Assembly: GCA_965240325.2 (NCBI GenBank)
Contig: OZ251223.1
Coordinates: forward strand, 3,100,001 to 3,164,000
Reading direction: 5' to 3'
DNA: 64,000 bases
Origin: Rebecca billardiae RCC1528
Lineage: Eukaryota; Protista; Haptophyta
The notes below the pieces were generated by a model. That model was not told the origin of the DNA, made no database searches, and saw only the letters and a list, made by a program, of their open reading frames with translations. A program made the position numbers and the translations under genes. How positions within the stretch are numbered: the stretch's first letter is position 1; each line of letters opens with the position of its first letter. Shown piece by piece: positions 44,001 through 54,734 of the stretch.

Positions 44001-45329
44001 GTGCCCCAGCAAACCAACCTCTCGCCTCACGAGCACAGACAGCTCGAACGGATGCCACCCACAGCCCCCAACGCGCAGCAGAAGATCCTGCTCTTTCCGT
44101 GGTCGAACCACCCCGCCGGCTTTCGGCATCCTCCTGAACGCCCCGTGTACGCCCCTTCGTCGGGCGCCGGGCCGCTCTCGGCCCCGGACGCGCCGGGCTT
44201 CAAGCGTGCGCGCGTCGAGCGCTCTGCAAACAGCAGCGTCATCCTGCAAGGCGTCGGCGAGCACGACGCATGGCGGCCTGCCGCGGGACCTGATCTCGCA
44301 GAAATGGCCGCAGTGCGAGAGCACCTGCAGACGTTTGTGCATCCCGCATCCGCGCCGCTCGAGACGTCCGGCCTCGACGATTTCAGGCCGAGGCATTTCC
44401 CCGGCCTCGCGGCCGGCGGGTTCCTCGGGCTGAGCGCATCGCGCGATGTGGCGACCGGGTCGCCACCGGACGGGCAGGGCATCGGGCCGTTTGTCCCGTC
44501 GGCGCACGATCTCGCTCCTTTCCCATCGCCGCCGACGGCCGACGCCCCACCAACGACCCCTACGCTCTTCGATCTCGAGCTCCTTCGGCTCGCGCAAGCG
44601 GCATCCGCTGCGTTCGATGTGGCGAGTGCGCCACGCGCCGGCGGGAGCTTTGCTCCTCCGCCCGACGTGCCTCACTGTGCGCCGGTTGGCGTCGTGCCGA
44701 GTGGCTTCAGTGGCCACGGGTACAGCCGCCTCGCGCTACCGCCGCAGCAAGCGCCATCGCCGCCCGCGCCGACGCCGACGCCGTTCCCCTCCTTTGACGC
44801 GGCGCAGCACGTCGCGCAACCCGCACCCCCACCAGCCGAGCAGCCCCCGGCGGCGAACCGCCGGCGGGCGCAGACGAGCCTCGATCGGAGTCAGTACACG
44901 TGGCTCGCCGGCTACATCGCGGCCTTGCACTCCCACGGCGCCGAGAGCGCCGCCCAGGAGCTCATGCGCTCCGAAGCGCGTTCTGCGTTCCGGATGGCCG
45001 AGCTCGGCCACGGGATGACGGCCGGTGCTGCCATTGTGCTGCATCAGCAGGGAGCCCTCCCCGCGTTCCTCGCGAGCGGGAAGCCGCGCAAGCAGATCGC
45101 TCAGCTCATCGTTGACATGGCGGACCTGCCGCCGGATGCGCGGCAACAGCTGCTCGGGCTCAAGCTACACTCAGCCATCAAGGCAACGCAGCGCCGCAAC
45201 CAGGCGCGCCGCTCGCGCCGGGCACTGCAACAAGGCCCAGGCCCGCCATCGCCGGCGCAATCGCCGAAATCCGCTCCGACAAGCCTCGGCGACGGCAGCG
45301 ACACGACGACGACGTCGTCGCGCCCGTGA
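44001..45329 (+). CDS. Hypothetical Pro-rich protein with a helical, basic C-terminus
   Basis: Intronless 442-aa ORF with plausible codon usage inside an otherwise AT-richer non-genic block. No family recognised; the start could be 44052. Confidence 0.4.
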   Translation: MPQQTNLSPHEHRQLERMPPTAPNAQQKILLFPWSNHPAGFRHPPERPVYAPSSGAGPLSAPDAPGFKRARVERSANSSVILQGVGEHDAWRPAAGPDLAEMAAVREHLQTFVHPASAPLETSGLDDFRPRHFPGLAAGGFLGLSASRDVATGSPPDGQGIGPFVPSAHDLAPFPSPPTADAPPTTPTLFDLELLRLAQAASAAFDVASAPRAGGSFAPPPDVPHCAPVGVVPSGFSGHGYSRLALPPQQAPSPPAPTPTPFPSFDAAQHVAQPAPPPAEQPPAANRRRAQTSLDRSQYTWLAGYIAALHSHGAESAAQELMRSEARSAFRMAELGHGMTAGAAIVLHQQGALPAFLASGKPRKQIAQLIVDMADLPPDARQQLLGLKLHSAIKATQRRNQARRSRRALQQGPGPPSPAQSPKSAPTSLGDGSDTTTTSSRP

Positions 45330-45822
45330 GAGGCAAGTGTGCCCGCTCGCGGCAGCCATGCGCGGCCCGGCTCGTGGCTCGCCCCCGGCGCGGGCTGCGC
45401 ACGCGGCTCACGGGCCACGGTCGGCGTCAGTCGCCGCCCGCAGCGCAGCGCGCGCCACTGCCTGCCGCTGCGTGGCGGCGCTGCCACCAAGTATTTATTC
45501 CGGCGCGCTCCAGCATTCTGACGACGAGTCAGAGCGCGTGCCATGTTGACGAGTGTACAGTAGCATCTGGAATGTGACACTGCATTGCAGGGCACTCTAC
45601 AGTAACAGTGTTTGAGACAACCCAGCATGGCATCACTCATCAGATTGAAGATCAAGGTACGACACCGATCAGATGCAGGCTGATGCAGCGTTGATGAAGC
45701 ATTTTCCAAGGCTCACGCGGCGGAGAAAAGATGCGCGGCGAAATCGTCCGACGACAGGGCTGTCAGAGAGAGGGCTCCCGGTGACCCGGTCCGGACTTCG
45801 AGAAGCACGGCGCGAATGCGCG

Positions 45823-46281
45823 ATGCGTCCGCTCGCGATCGCCGTCTCGGGCTCCGGCTGCAGCGCGGTGAATGGCATCTATGCGCAGGTCTCGGCGACC
45901 ACGATACCGGCAGGGTTTGCAGCCGTCTGCAAGGCGCAGGGCTGGAATGTCGCGCAGACCTGGCAGACGCTGAACAATGGCAGGTCCTGGTTTGGGCACA
46001 ACAACGGAGCGTACATCTACCTCAACGCCAAGGACGGGCACTGGTGGATCGACGAGCCAGGTGGCGAAGGCGTGTACATCGCGCCTGCTGAGACCGAATC
46101 GTCAGCCCATGCGCCGCCTGCCAAAGGCTGGCGCGCGTTGAGGCCATTGTACGCGCCACTGCCCGTGGTGGAGGTGCAGTACACGGCGGCGTTCAATAGC
46201 CCGACCCCGGTCAGACTGCTGTGCCACCGCACGCGATGCGGCCGAGCCGTCTCACATACTACATATATGATACTACTGTGA
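45823..46281 (+). CDS. Conserved-looking hypothetical Trp-rich protein
   Basis: VSGSG...VNGIY...IPAGF..VC...W...YIY.N..DGHWWIDEP.G.GVY...PP..GW...P.P, a pattern I associate with uncharacterised algal proteins. The 3' end is uncertain. Confidence 0.65.
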   Translation: MRPLAIAVSGSGCSAVNGIYAQVSATTIPAGFAAVCKAQGWNVAQTWQTLNNGRSWFGHNNGAYIYLNAKDGHWWIDEPGGEGVYIAPAETESSAHAPPAKGWRALRPLYAPLPVVEVQYTAAFNSPTPVRLLCHRTRCGRAVSHTTYMILL

Positions 46282-46372
46282 CGGTGGTGGTGATAATCAG
46301 ATATGTTGTGAGCTGATGAGCCTTGAGTGATGCCGTCACCGTGAAACACCGATCCGACGAGATACATAGATC

Positions 46373-49294
46373 TTAGCTGCGCAAGCTTGTCGTCACAAGT
46401 GTAGTGTCAGCACGCTCGTTGTCATCATCCGCATCCCCGCGATCCTGTGGCGTGCTTGACTGATGATGGTGACGATTGATGTCGTCGGCGACGCCGGCGT
46501 CATCCGCAGCGGCGGCCGTCTGCGACGCGCCGGCCATACGCGCCACCATCTGGGACTGCGCCGCGCGCTCTTCCTCGTCGGAGCCCTCGCGGGCGAACAG
46601 GAGCTGCACGGGCGCGGCCAGCGCGGGCGCGTCGGGCAGGAGGCGCAGCGGCACGCTCATCAGGTCAAAGGCGATGCACGCGCGCCGCGTGTCGGTGCCG
46701 CCCACGTCGGCCACCTTGGGGTAGCGCTGGGAGAAGTGCGTCAGGCACACGCGCTGCGCGCGCGCGCGCGCGCCGACGGCGAGCGCCTCGCTGACCGTGC
46801 AGTGCCGGCGCGCGAGCGCCTCCTCCGCCAGCTCGTCCTCAAACGTCGCCTCGTGCACGAGGAAGAGCAAGCTGCACTCCGCGGCGGCCGCGGCGACAAA
46901 GGGCTCGCACGGCCGCGAGTCTCCCGAGTAGCCGCACGCCCAGCCGTCGGCCATGCTGAGCACGAGGCACCAGGCGTCGGCGCAGTGCACCGCCGGGACC
47001 ACCTGCGCGCGGCGCACGCCGAGCCCCCCCAGAGCGGGCAGCGCGTCCGGCGCGGACGTGCAGTGCGCAAAGGCGTGCGCGCACGGCTGCGCGAGCGTGC
47101 GCGCGCACACGTCCAGCCAGCGCTCGAGCCGTCGAGGCGCGAGCACGAGCGGGGGCGCCGCTGCCGCGGGGCTCGAGGCGGAGCCGACGGCGCGGGCGCG
47201 CTCCGCGAGGAGCGCCGGCAGGCCGAGGTGGTGGTCCGCGTGCGCGTGCGACACCCAGAACACGCGCACCGCCGCCAGCTCGCGCCGCGCGCCGCGCACG
47301 CCAAAGCGCCGGCGCAGCTGGCCGAGCGTCCCCTCGCCGCAGTCGAGGAGGACCGAGCCTCGCGCGCGCGGCAGCCGGAGCAGCGTGGCGGAGACGTTGC
47401 GGTACTTGGAGGGCATCGCGGCGCCGGTGCCGAGGAAGACCAGCTCGCCCCCGTCGAGCACGCCGGAGTGCACGAGGGCGCGCATCGCCACCTCGCCCTC
47501 GTCGGTCGGAGAGCCTGAGGCTTCCGCGGCGCACGGCGCGGGCCCGCCGCGCGGGGCGCGCGCTGCCTCCTCAGCGAGCAGCGCGCGGTGCTGCGCGGCG
47601 CAGAAGGCCGCGAGCGCGCAGCTCGGGGGCGGCTCCGAGGCTCCCGCCACGCAGGGCGCGAGCGCGGCAGCGGCAGCCGTCGTGCCCACGCCGCACTCGC
47701 CGCCCGCGCTGGCCGTGGCAGCATCTGCTGCCGCCGCCGCCGAGCCCGCGCCGTCGCGCGCCGCCGTCTCGCGCAGCCGCGAGGGCAGCGCCGCGAGCGC
47801 GCCGCCGAGCCCTTCGACGGCGCGCAGCTCGGCGGCGAGGTGCTCGCGCGAGAGGCTCTGCGCCTCGCCGCGCGAGTTGGTCCAGCGCACCAGCCGCTCG
47901 CACTCGCTCAGGTCGAGTTGGCGCCGATCCAGAGGACGCACCGTGAGCCTGCCCAGCAGCGCACCGCGGTGCACTGCCGCGCCGCGCGGCGCGAGCGGCG
48001 CGAGAGCGCGCTCGTCCGCGTGCGGGAAGGGGAAGGCCGTGGGCTGCACGGCGTGCAGCAGCGCCTGCACGCGCGCGCTGGAGACGAAGACGTGGCCGCC
48101 CGTGCACACCGTGCGGTCGAGCACGAGGTGCTGCACCGAGCTGCGCGCGCGCGCGGCGCCGAGGCCCACGCCACCACCGTCGGAGCACGCACCGCCGGCC
48201 GCGGGAGCGTCCGTCGCGCCGACCGCCGAGCCGGGCGCGCCGGCGGGCGCGCCCTCGAGCAGCTCGCACACGCGCGCGTACTCGTCCGACGCCCAGACGG
48301 AGTCGGGGCAGAGGTGCGCGCAGGCCGAGACGGGCATCGTGCCAACCAGCTCGCCGAGCGCGTCCGCGGCGCGCAGCAGCAGCCGCGCGTGCGCCACGGT
48401 CGGGCAGCGCAGCACGAGCACCACCTGGCCCGGCGTGGGCGCGCCCACCACCTCGCTCGGCTGCACGACGCGCCCGCCCGGCAGGGTGACACACTCGCCG
48501 CGGCAGAGCGCGCCGCGCGCGCGGCCCTCGATGCCCAGCGCCCGCGCGCGCTCGGCGTCGAACTTGCCCACGCCCGGCGGCAGCTCGACCGCGTAGCACA
48601 CAGCCTCGGCCGCCGCTGCCTCTGCCGTGGGCTCAGCGGCGTGGCCGCCGCTCGCAGCCGCTGGATCCGACGCGGCCGCCGCGGCGGGCGCGCGCGCGCC
48701 GTTGGCGAGGGCGGCGTCGAGCCGTCGGCGCTTCGTCGACGGGGCGTTCTCAACGCCACCCGCCTCGAGCGCGTCGAGTGCCGACGAGCCGGCGAGTGGC
48801 GCCGGCGTTTCCTGCGCCTGCGCGCGCACGGCGGCCGCGGACGTCGAGAGGACGAGCGCCCTGATGCGCAGGCCGTCGTCCACGCCGACTTGGGCGCAGC
48901 ACACGTCGGCGGTCGGCGCGCGGTGTGCCTCCTCGGCCCAGCCGAGTTTGGCGTGCGCCGGCATGAAATTCGAGGACGCGCGCAGGAACTCGAACGTGCC
49001 CGCGGGCCCGTGGATGGGCACGCGCGAGCTGTGGCCGGCATCGGCCAGCGTGATCAGCAAGCCCGGGAGGCCTCCGACGGTCTCCGAGGTGAGCGAGGTG
49101 AGAAAGACGCGGCGGAGCTTCTGACTCAGCCGCAGGTGCTGCTCGCTGCATAGCCTCTGCATCCCTTCCCCCGCGTTGAAGAGATACAGCGAGGTGCCGC
49201 GCTTGCGCGGCACGGTGAGAAGCAGCGACGGCGAGGTGTCCGCTGAGCCCGTGCCCAACACCTGCAGGGTGACGCTGCCCGTGAAGTCCACCAT
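46373..49294 (-). CDS. ELAC2: Ribonuclease Z, long form (tRNase ZL)
   Basis: YLFNAGEGMQR, GGLPG, GKFD exosite, FLGTGAAMPSKYRNVS, LLDCGEGT, SHAHADHHLG, YSGDSRP, HEATF, THFSQRYPK. Confidence 0.95.
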   Translation of the reverse strand: MVDFTGSVTLQVLGTGSADTSPSLLLTVPRKRGTSLYLFNAGEGMQRLCSEQHLRLSQKLRRVFLTSLTSETVGGLPGLLITLADAGHSSRVPIHGPAGTFEFLRASSNFMPAHAKLGWAEEAHRAPTADVCCAQVGVDDGLRIRALVLSTSAAAVRAQAQETPAPLAGSSALDALEAGGVENAPSTKRRRLDAALANGARAPAAAAASDPAAASGGHAAEPTAEAAAAEAVCYAVELPPGVGKFDAERARALGIEGRARGALCRGECVTLPGGRVVQPSEVVGAPTPGQVVLVLRCPTVAHARLLLRAADALGELVGTMPVSACAHLCPDSVWASDEYARVCELLEGAPAGAPGSAVGATDAPAAGGACSDGGGVGLGAARARSSVQHLVLDRTVCTGGHVFVSSARVQALLHAVQPTAFPFPHADERALAPLAPRGAAVHRGALLGRLTVRPLDRRQLDLSECERLVRWTNSRGEAQSLSREHLAAELRAVEGLGGALAALPSRLRETAARDGAGSAAAAADAATASAGGECGVGTTAAAAALAPCVAGASEPPPSCALAAFCAAQHRALLAEEAARAPRGGPAPCAAEASGSPTDEGEVAMRALVHSGVLDGGELVFLGTGAAMPSKYRNVSATLLRLPRARGSVLLDCGEGTLGQLRRRFGVRGARRELAAVRVFWVSHAHADHHLGLPALLAERARAVGSASSPAAAAPPLVLAPRRLERWLDVCARTLAQPCAHAFAHCTSAPDALPALGGLGVRRAQVVPAVHCADAWCLVLSMADGWACGYSGDSRPCEPFVAAAAAECSLLFLVHEATFEDELAEEALARRHCTVSEALAVGARARAQRVCLTHFSQRYPKVADVGGTDTRRACIAFDLMSVPLRLLPDAPALAAPVQLLFAREGSDEEERAAQSQMVARMAGASQTAAAADDAGVADDINRHHHQSSTPQDRGDADDDNERADTTLVTTSLRS

Positions 49295-49481
49295 GATGCT
49301 CCGACGAGCGCGCGCCTCCCCGCCGGATCCTCTGCAGCTCGTCGGCGGGCGTTGTGCGATCGAGCGCGGCCAGGTCGAACCTCCGATGCAGCGTCTTGGT
49401 CAGCGTGCCGCGCGCTCGGCCGCCATCCGGCGCCCATCCACGTTCTCGTCATGATCTCATCACCTTGGCACTGTGATGCAT

Positions 49482-50384
49482 TTGACACTGGCCCACAGGG
49501 GGGGGTTCCGAATTGGTCCCCCGACCTCGAGCTCGATGGCTGCCGCACGTGCGTGCCCAGCGTGCCTCGCGCGTGTACGTGCACGGCAGGGCGTCCCGAC
49601 AGCGGCGGGGTGGCGTAGATGGTCGCATGGGAGGTGCATTCGTGTGTCGGAGACGTCTCGGCGCCTCGGTGGCGTGCCCACACCTCTCCTTGTCGCCGCT
49701 TGCCTGCTGCGTGCTCGGCCCGAGCCGTTTGGAGTGCACGCCTGCACGTGCACGGCCAGTGTCGGGCGGATCGAGCCGTAGCGAGTGTGCTTGCGGGTAC
49801 TCCCACCCGATGCGGCTCTCTGCCGCCGTCGTAGTAGCTCTCGTGCATCAATCCCAAGCCGTGCACTCCAACCCACGACGTGTTCAGTGTTGTCATGGTG
49901 GTACACCACATGCTGTCCAGTTTTATTTTCAAATAGCGCATTTCTGATGCGATTCCTGGGCAATGTTCGCGAGCATGTTGGGCGCATGCCTGACTAGATT
50001 CGGCAGGTTCCAGGACACGCGCGAGGGCTTGCGACGGCGGCAGAGAGCCGCATCGGGTGGGAGTACCCGCAAGCACACTCGCTACGGCTCGATCCGCCCG
50101 ACACTGGCCGTGCACGTGCAGGCGTGCACTCCAAACGGCTCGGGCCGAGCACGCAGCAGGCAAGCGGCGACAAGGAGAGGTGTGGGCACGCCACCGAGGC
50201 GCCGAGACGTCTCCGACACACGGATGCACCTCCCATGCGACCATCTACGCCACCCCGCCGCTGTCGGGACGCCCTACCGTGCACGTACACGCGCGAGGCA
50301 CGCTGGGCACGCACGTGCGGCAGCCATCGAGCTCGAGGTCGGGGGACCAATTATTCGGAACCCCCCCCTGTGGGCCAGTGTCAA
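49482..50384. mobile_element. Foldback element / long inverted repeat
   Basis: About 350-bp near-identical inverted arms (49482-49831 and 50032-50384) around a 200-bp spacer. No clear TSD. Confidence 0.75.
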
Positions 50385-51141
50385 TGACAATGTCTGATGC
50401 CACTGTTCTACTGTCACGCCTTCCAAGTGTGCACGTTAAATCATAGTAAACTGTTGTTGATCATGCAGTCAGCAGTGACGACGACGCAAGGATTTCACTG
50501 CAACGAGCCGACATTATTTTCGCCGTGACCTCCAGAGTCCAGACCCGCGCCTGCCTGCTAATCTCGCCTGCCCGTCGGAGCTGTGTGCGAGTCTCTTATA
50601 AATTCTTAGTATAGTAAACTGTACGAAGGCTTTTAATGACTTTGACTACGGTTTGATTGATTATGACGGTGCGATTTCTTGATTCAGACTACACTGTCAG
50701 ACTCAGAGTCATCGTCAGACATAATCCATTAATCGGCACCGGTGACGCGTCCGAGTCACGAGTGCGGTTTGGCCGTGGCCGTACCCGCGGTCAGACGATG
50801 TGATGCCTGCGCCGCCGATTCGGCGCCGAATGTGGTCCGAGCAGGGGCACCTGCCCGGATCCTCGCGCACGAGCATGGACGGGGCGCCGCTCCGGCGGCG
50901 TCTGATGCGGTCGTGATCCGCGACCGTCACTCGTCAGGCGTCTCACTCACTCCGTCTGAGCGGACCTGCCGCGGGCCCGGCGGCGTCGCAGACTGGCGGC
51001 CGAGTCGCTCGACTCGGGCTCAGGCGCGGACCGGACGCCCGGTCGAAGCCGCGATGTCGATGAGTAGCGTCAAGCAGTCGAATCGAGCCTCACAGCCACA
51101 GGCCATTGACACTAGCTCAGACTGTTTGACTGCATGGGCCA

Positions 51142-51318
51142 GGCCGGATGCAGTGGCCGTGCAGCAGCCGCCCAGCCACCCTCGCGAGGATCTTGGGGGG
51201 GGGGACGAGTGGCCCCCATCGAACCCCTCGGCCGGATGCAGTGGCCGTGCAGCAGCCGCCCAGCCACCCTCGCGAGGATCTCGGGAGGGGAACGAGAGCC
51301 CCTCCCTCGAACCCCTCG
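51142..51318. repeat. Two-copy ~88-bp tandem repeat
   Basis: GGCCGGATGCAGTGGCCGTGCAGCAGCCGCCCAGCCACCCTCGCGAGGATCT...TCGAACCCCTC occurs twice. Probably intronic. Confidence 0.8.
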
Positions 51319-51338
51319 GCCGCCCACGCGCAGCGCGC

Positions 51339-51738
51339 TCACAACTGCTCCCAGTGCAGCGAGTACACGTTGGACGACTTTCCTGTGCCCTGCGAGATGG
51401 TGCACATGTACGTCTCGGGCGCGAGGTTGTACACCCTGTCGAAGACATTGTCCACATCCGAGTGCGCGATTGTTGAGAACACCATCTGCGTGGAGGGCAA
51501 GTGCCCGTCCGTGCACGACTGCCCCACCCCCATCTCCTTTGCAAACTCCTGCAGCACGTTGATGGTCACGTTCTCATCCGCCTTCACCTGCACATCGCAC
51601 GCGTACTTTACAAAGAGCCCCCCGTCGCCATGGCAGCTCGGCAGGTCCGGTGCGCTACCATGGTCGTGGTTCCACCGTTTCGCCTGCTGCACATACTCCT
51701 CTAGGACGCCTCCATCGTTGCCCCCACCGCGCGGCATG
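51339..51738 (-). CDS. Hypothetical protein (exon; probably continues after a GTGAG intron)
   Basis: Coding-like stretch MPRGGGNDGGVLEEYVQQAKRW...YSLHWEQ with non-shadow amino-acid composition. No family recognised. Confidence 0.45.
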
Positions 51739-51998
51739 GCCGCGCACACGGAATGCCAAGCGCGTGTGCAACCCTGCGCGGAAGCGTGCGGGGTGGGCTG
51801 GAGCGCTGTGAGACGGTTGGAAGGCTTGACAGGGACGCAAAACGCACGCAGGCAGGCCAGCGTGATCGACCTTCGCGCCCGTGCGTGTCTGCTCGGCAGG
51901 ACGCGCGCGTGCAGGGTGCGCACCCGTGGGCGCGACACAGGAGAAGCCGGCGGCGGCGGGATCCCGCCGCCAAGCGAAAATTATTCGAACTGCTTGGC

Positions 51999-52124
51999 AA
52001 AAAATAATAGCAAAAAGCGGGATTTATCTTACGGCCGCAATTTCGGTTTTCCCCTTGAGATCTTCCTTTGCATCCCGGCTTGTCGTCCGCCATCGTGCCT
52101 CGAACTCGGCGTGGTGGAAGACGG
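51999..52124 (+). repeat. 126-bp direct repeat, copy 1
   Basis: Appears identical to 58149-58274. Confidence 0.9.
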
Positions 52125-52132
52125 CCTCCAAG

Positions 52133-52400
52133 CAAGGGGCTTACAAAATACCACTGGGGGCGAAAGCGCCAGTGAGGAGCCCCGTCGGATGCGATGTACA
52201 TGAGACGGAAAGTGTCCGGGAGCTCGTATGAGGAAAACACAGGAATGCCTGGGAAGAAGTAATGAGGTCACGACAGATCTACCCGCTTTCCCGGATTCAA
52301 ACTTCTCGCACAGTGTTTTCCGCTGACCGGACACTTTCCGTCTCATGTACATCGCCCGACAGCTGTGTTTCGCCCCCAGTGGTATTTTGTAAGCCCCTTG
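52133..52400. mobile_element. MITE, P-element-like
   Basis: Ends CAAGGGGCTTACAAAATACCACTGGGGGCGAAA and its inverse; imperfect TIRs of ~85 bp. A 7-bp TSD CTCCAAG lies at 52126-52132 and 52401-52407. Confidence 0.8.
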
Positions 52401-53051
52401 CTCCAAGGCGTCTCGTCTCCTCGCCCGCTCGGCGGAGCTCCATCGTGCGAGAGACCGGTCCGGGAGCCCCAGCACGATGGAGTCCTCCGTGTTCGGCTGT
52501 GACGACGCGTTCAAGGACAAAGAAACATACGAAATCGTCTGCGGCTTCGGTTTTGAACCTGCGGCTTCGTCCGCCGCCCCGGAGATCTTTCGATTGGTAC
52601 CCTCATCACTCCCTGGCTCCCAGGGGTTCGTCTAAATGCACCCCCCCCATAGGGTCAGTGGACGTCCCTGACTGTGGCTGGAGCCGTCTACCTGAGACTG
52701 TACCTCGCGGTCGATAACTCGGACGACTCGTGTAGTTATGTTAAGTCGTGACTTGACGAGTGACGTGGCCCGTGTCATGCCGACTCACAGCCACAGGCTT
52801 TCTGCGCACGCAGACTTGGCAGGTCTCACCTCAGAATCCTGATGCGGGTGCAGTGTGACAGTCGAGATCATCAGTATTCAGTGGACAGCTCCGTAACCTG
52901 CTCCGAGTGCTCGGTGCCGAATCCGCATCGTCCGTGTCGCGCGCGGCCGAAGGAATGGTACGCGTCGGTATGGCCCGTGATCTGCAGCGGCGGGCCGGGC
53001 CGCAGGCCGGGCCCAGAGCGTGTGTTGGCCGTTTTCCCTATTCTCGGCTCC

Positions 53052-54054
53052 TTAGCACGCGAGCGTCGCCGTCGTCGCCATGTGCTCGTCAGCGCGCAGG
53101 CGCCGGCGCAGCGCGGAGCCTGCGGACATCGCCAAGACGACCGTGCCCACGAGCGCCACCACCAACACCAGCGCGAGCATGCTCGCACTCGCCGCGTCGA
53201 GCTCGAGCGCCTCGTCCTGGGCGAGATGGCGAGACATGAAGCCGCATTGGCCGAGCACCTTGCAGCGCAACTGTGCAGCTATCTGCGCGAGTCGGGCAGC
53301 GGTCGGCAGCGGGTGGACGTGAGAAGAGGGGACGAGGCCCGCGCGAGGGAGGGGAGGGGGGGGGGGGTCGGTGAGCTGTTGGGAAGCAGTAGAGTCCGGC
53401 CGCCACATAAGGCCGCTGGCGCGTGGATGGAGCTGGATGACCCAGACTCACCGTGAAGAAGCACGCGGCCCGGCACGCAGCTGACGGGGGAGGGGACGGA
53501 GCGGGCGGTGGGGTTGGAGGCGGGGGGGGCGGGGAAGAGGGCGGGGTTGAGGGCGAGGTTGAGGGCGAGGGCGAAGGGGGCGGGGCGGTGCAGTCGAGCA
53601 CGTTAAAGCCAGAGCAGCCTGCTGTGTCGCATGTCCAGCCGGATTGGCCGCAGCTGAACTCGGCAAGGACTGAGGTTGGGCCCACCGTGGTGATCTGGCT
53701 GGGCGCAGTGCACGTGATGGTCGTAGAAGGAGCAGGTGCGAGCTGACGGCCATGGACGCCGACTGAGGAGGTATGCGCCTCCTCCGCGTCCCCAAGCATA
53801 CGTGCGCGGCGTCGGACGCACGTCGGTGTAAAGAAAAAGCTGCAAGCTTCCTGCAGATCTGATGAACTCCCAGCGTCGCACTTCATCCAGCAACCATTAG
53901 GAACGCCCCCCGTCGTCAGTTCAAAGTAGATCGTCGGCGCAGAGGTGGCCGCCAGCACGCCGAAAATCAGCTCCTCTGCATCACACCCGGCCGCGCTGAC
54001 GAAGGTCGACTGCTGTGACAGCAGCAGCAGCGCTGTGGCGAGCCACGAGCGCAT
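53052..54054 (-). CDS. Cys-rich cell-surface protein with a Pro/Ser stalk and C-terminal TM helix (2 exons)
   Basis: Signal peptide MRSWLATALLLLSQQSTFVSA, Cys-rich domain, PPPSPSPS stalk, intron 53283-53451 (GTGAGT...GCAG) and TM MLALVLVVALVGTVVLAM. Confidence 0.7.
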
Positions 54055-54734
54055 CGTTGCGGCAGCGGCGGAACCTGAGCCGGTGAAGTGTGATGATGAG
54101 CGGTGAACCGGTGAACCCGGCTTACTTATGGCCCGCGGTGCAGGGCGGAGCGCGTAGCGTGGAGCCCCACCGGGGGCCCTCACTACGTTGTCAAAAAGAT
54201 CTTTTGATCAAAGAAAAGGGGACGGGGGACGATGTTTAGGGTTGTTGGAGGGTGAGTTTTCGATTTTTTGAGGGGTACGGTACAATGCTGTCCATCCCAA
54301 GCTTAAAAGGCCGCGCCCGGGTCATTTCTCCCACCCGTCCCAGCCCCCTACATCAAGGCTCCTGGTATTTGAAAATACCCGCAGCTATTCGTTACCAGCC
54401 CATTTCATAATCACTGAGCTCAAAACATTCCATGGAATGTTTTGAGCCCGCTGAGCCGAAGACGGGCTCACGGGCTTTCTGGGACGGGTGGTGCCGGCCC
54501 GTGCCAGGCGGGGGATGTGTGACCACGGATCCCATCCGTGAGCACGCGCAAAGCGCTGGAGCGCGCGATAGGTGTTGGCAGTAGTCTACCCGACACACGG
54601 CGGCTCGGTCGCGCTGGAGAGGCGCTCCGACATCGTCGGGAGCGTTCAGATCGGGACCCCGGCCGGCGGCCCGGCGATTTTCCCGAGCCGCGCCCCGCGC
54701 GAAAAAAAATCCGGCCATAAAACCCGGTAAATGT

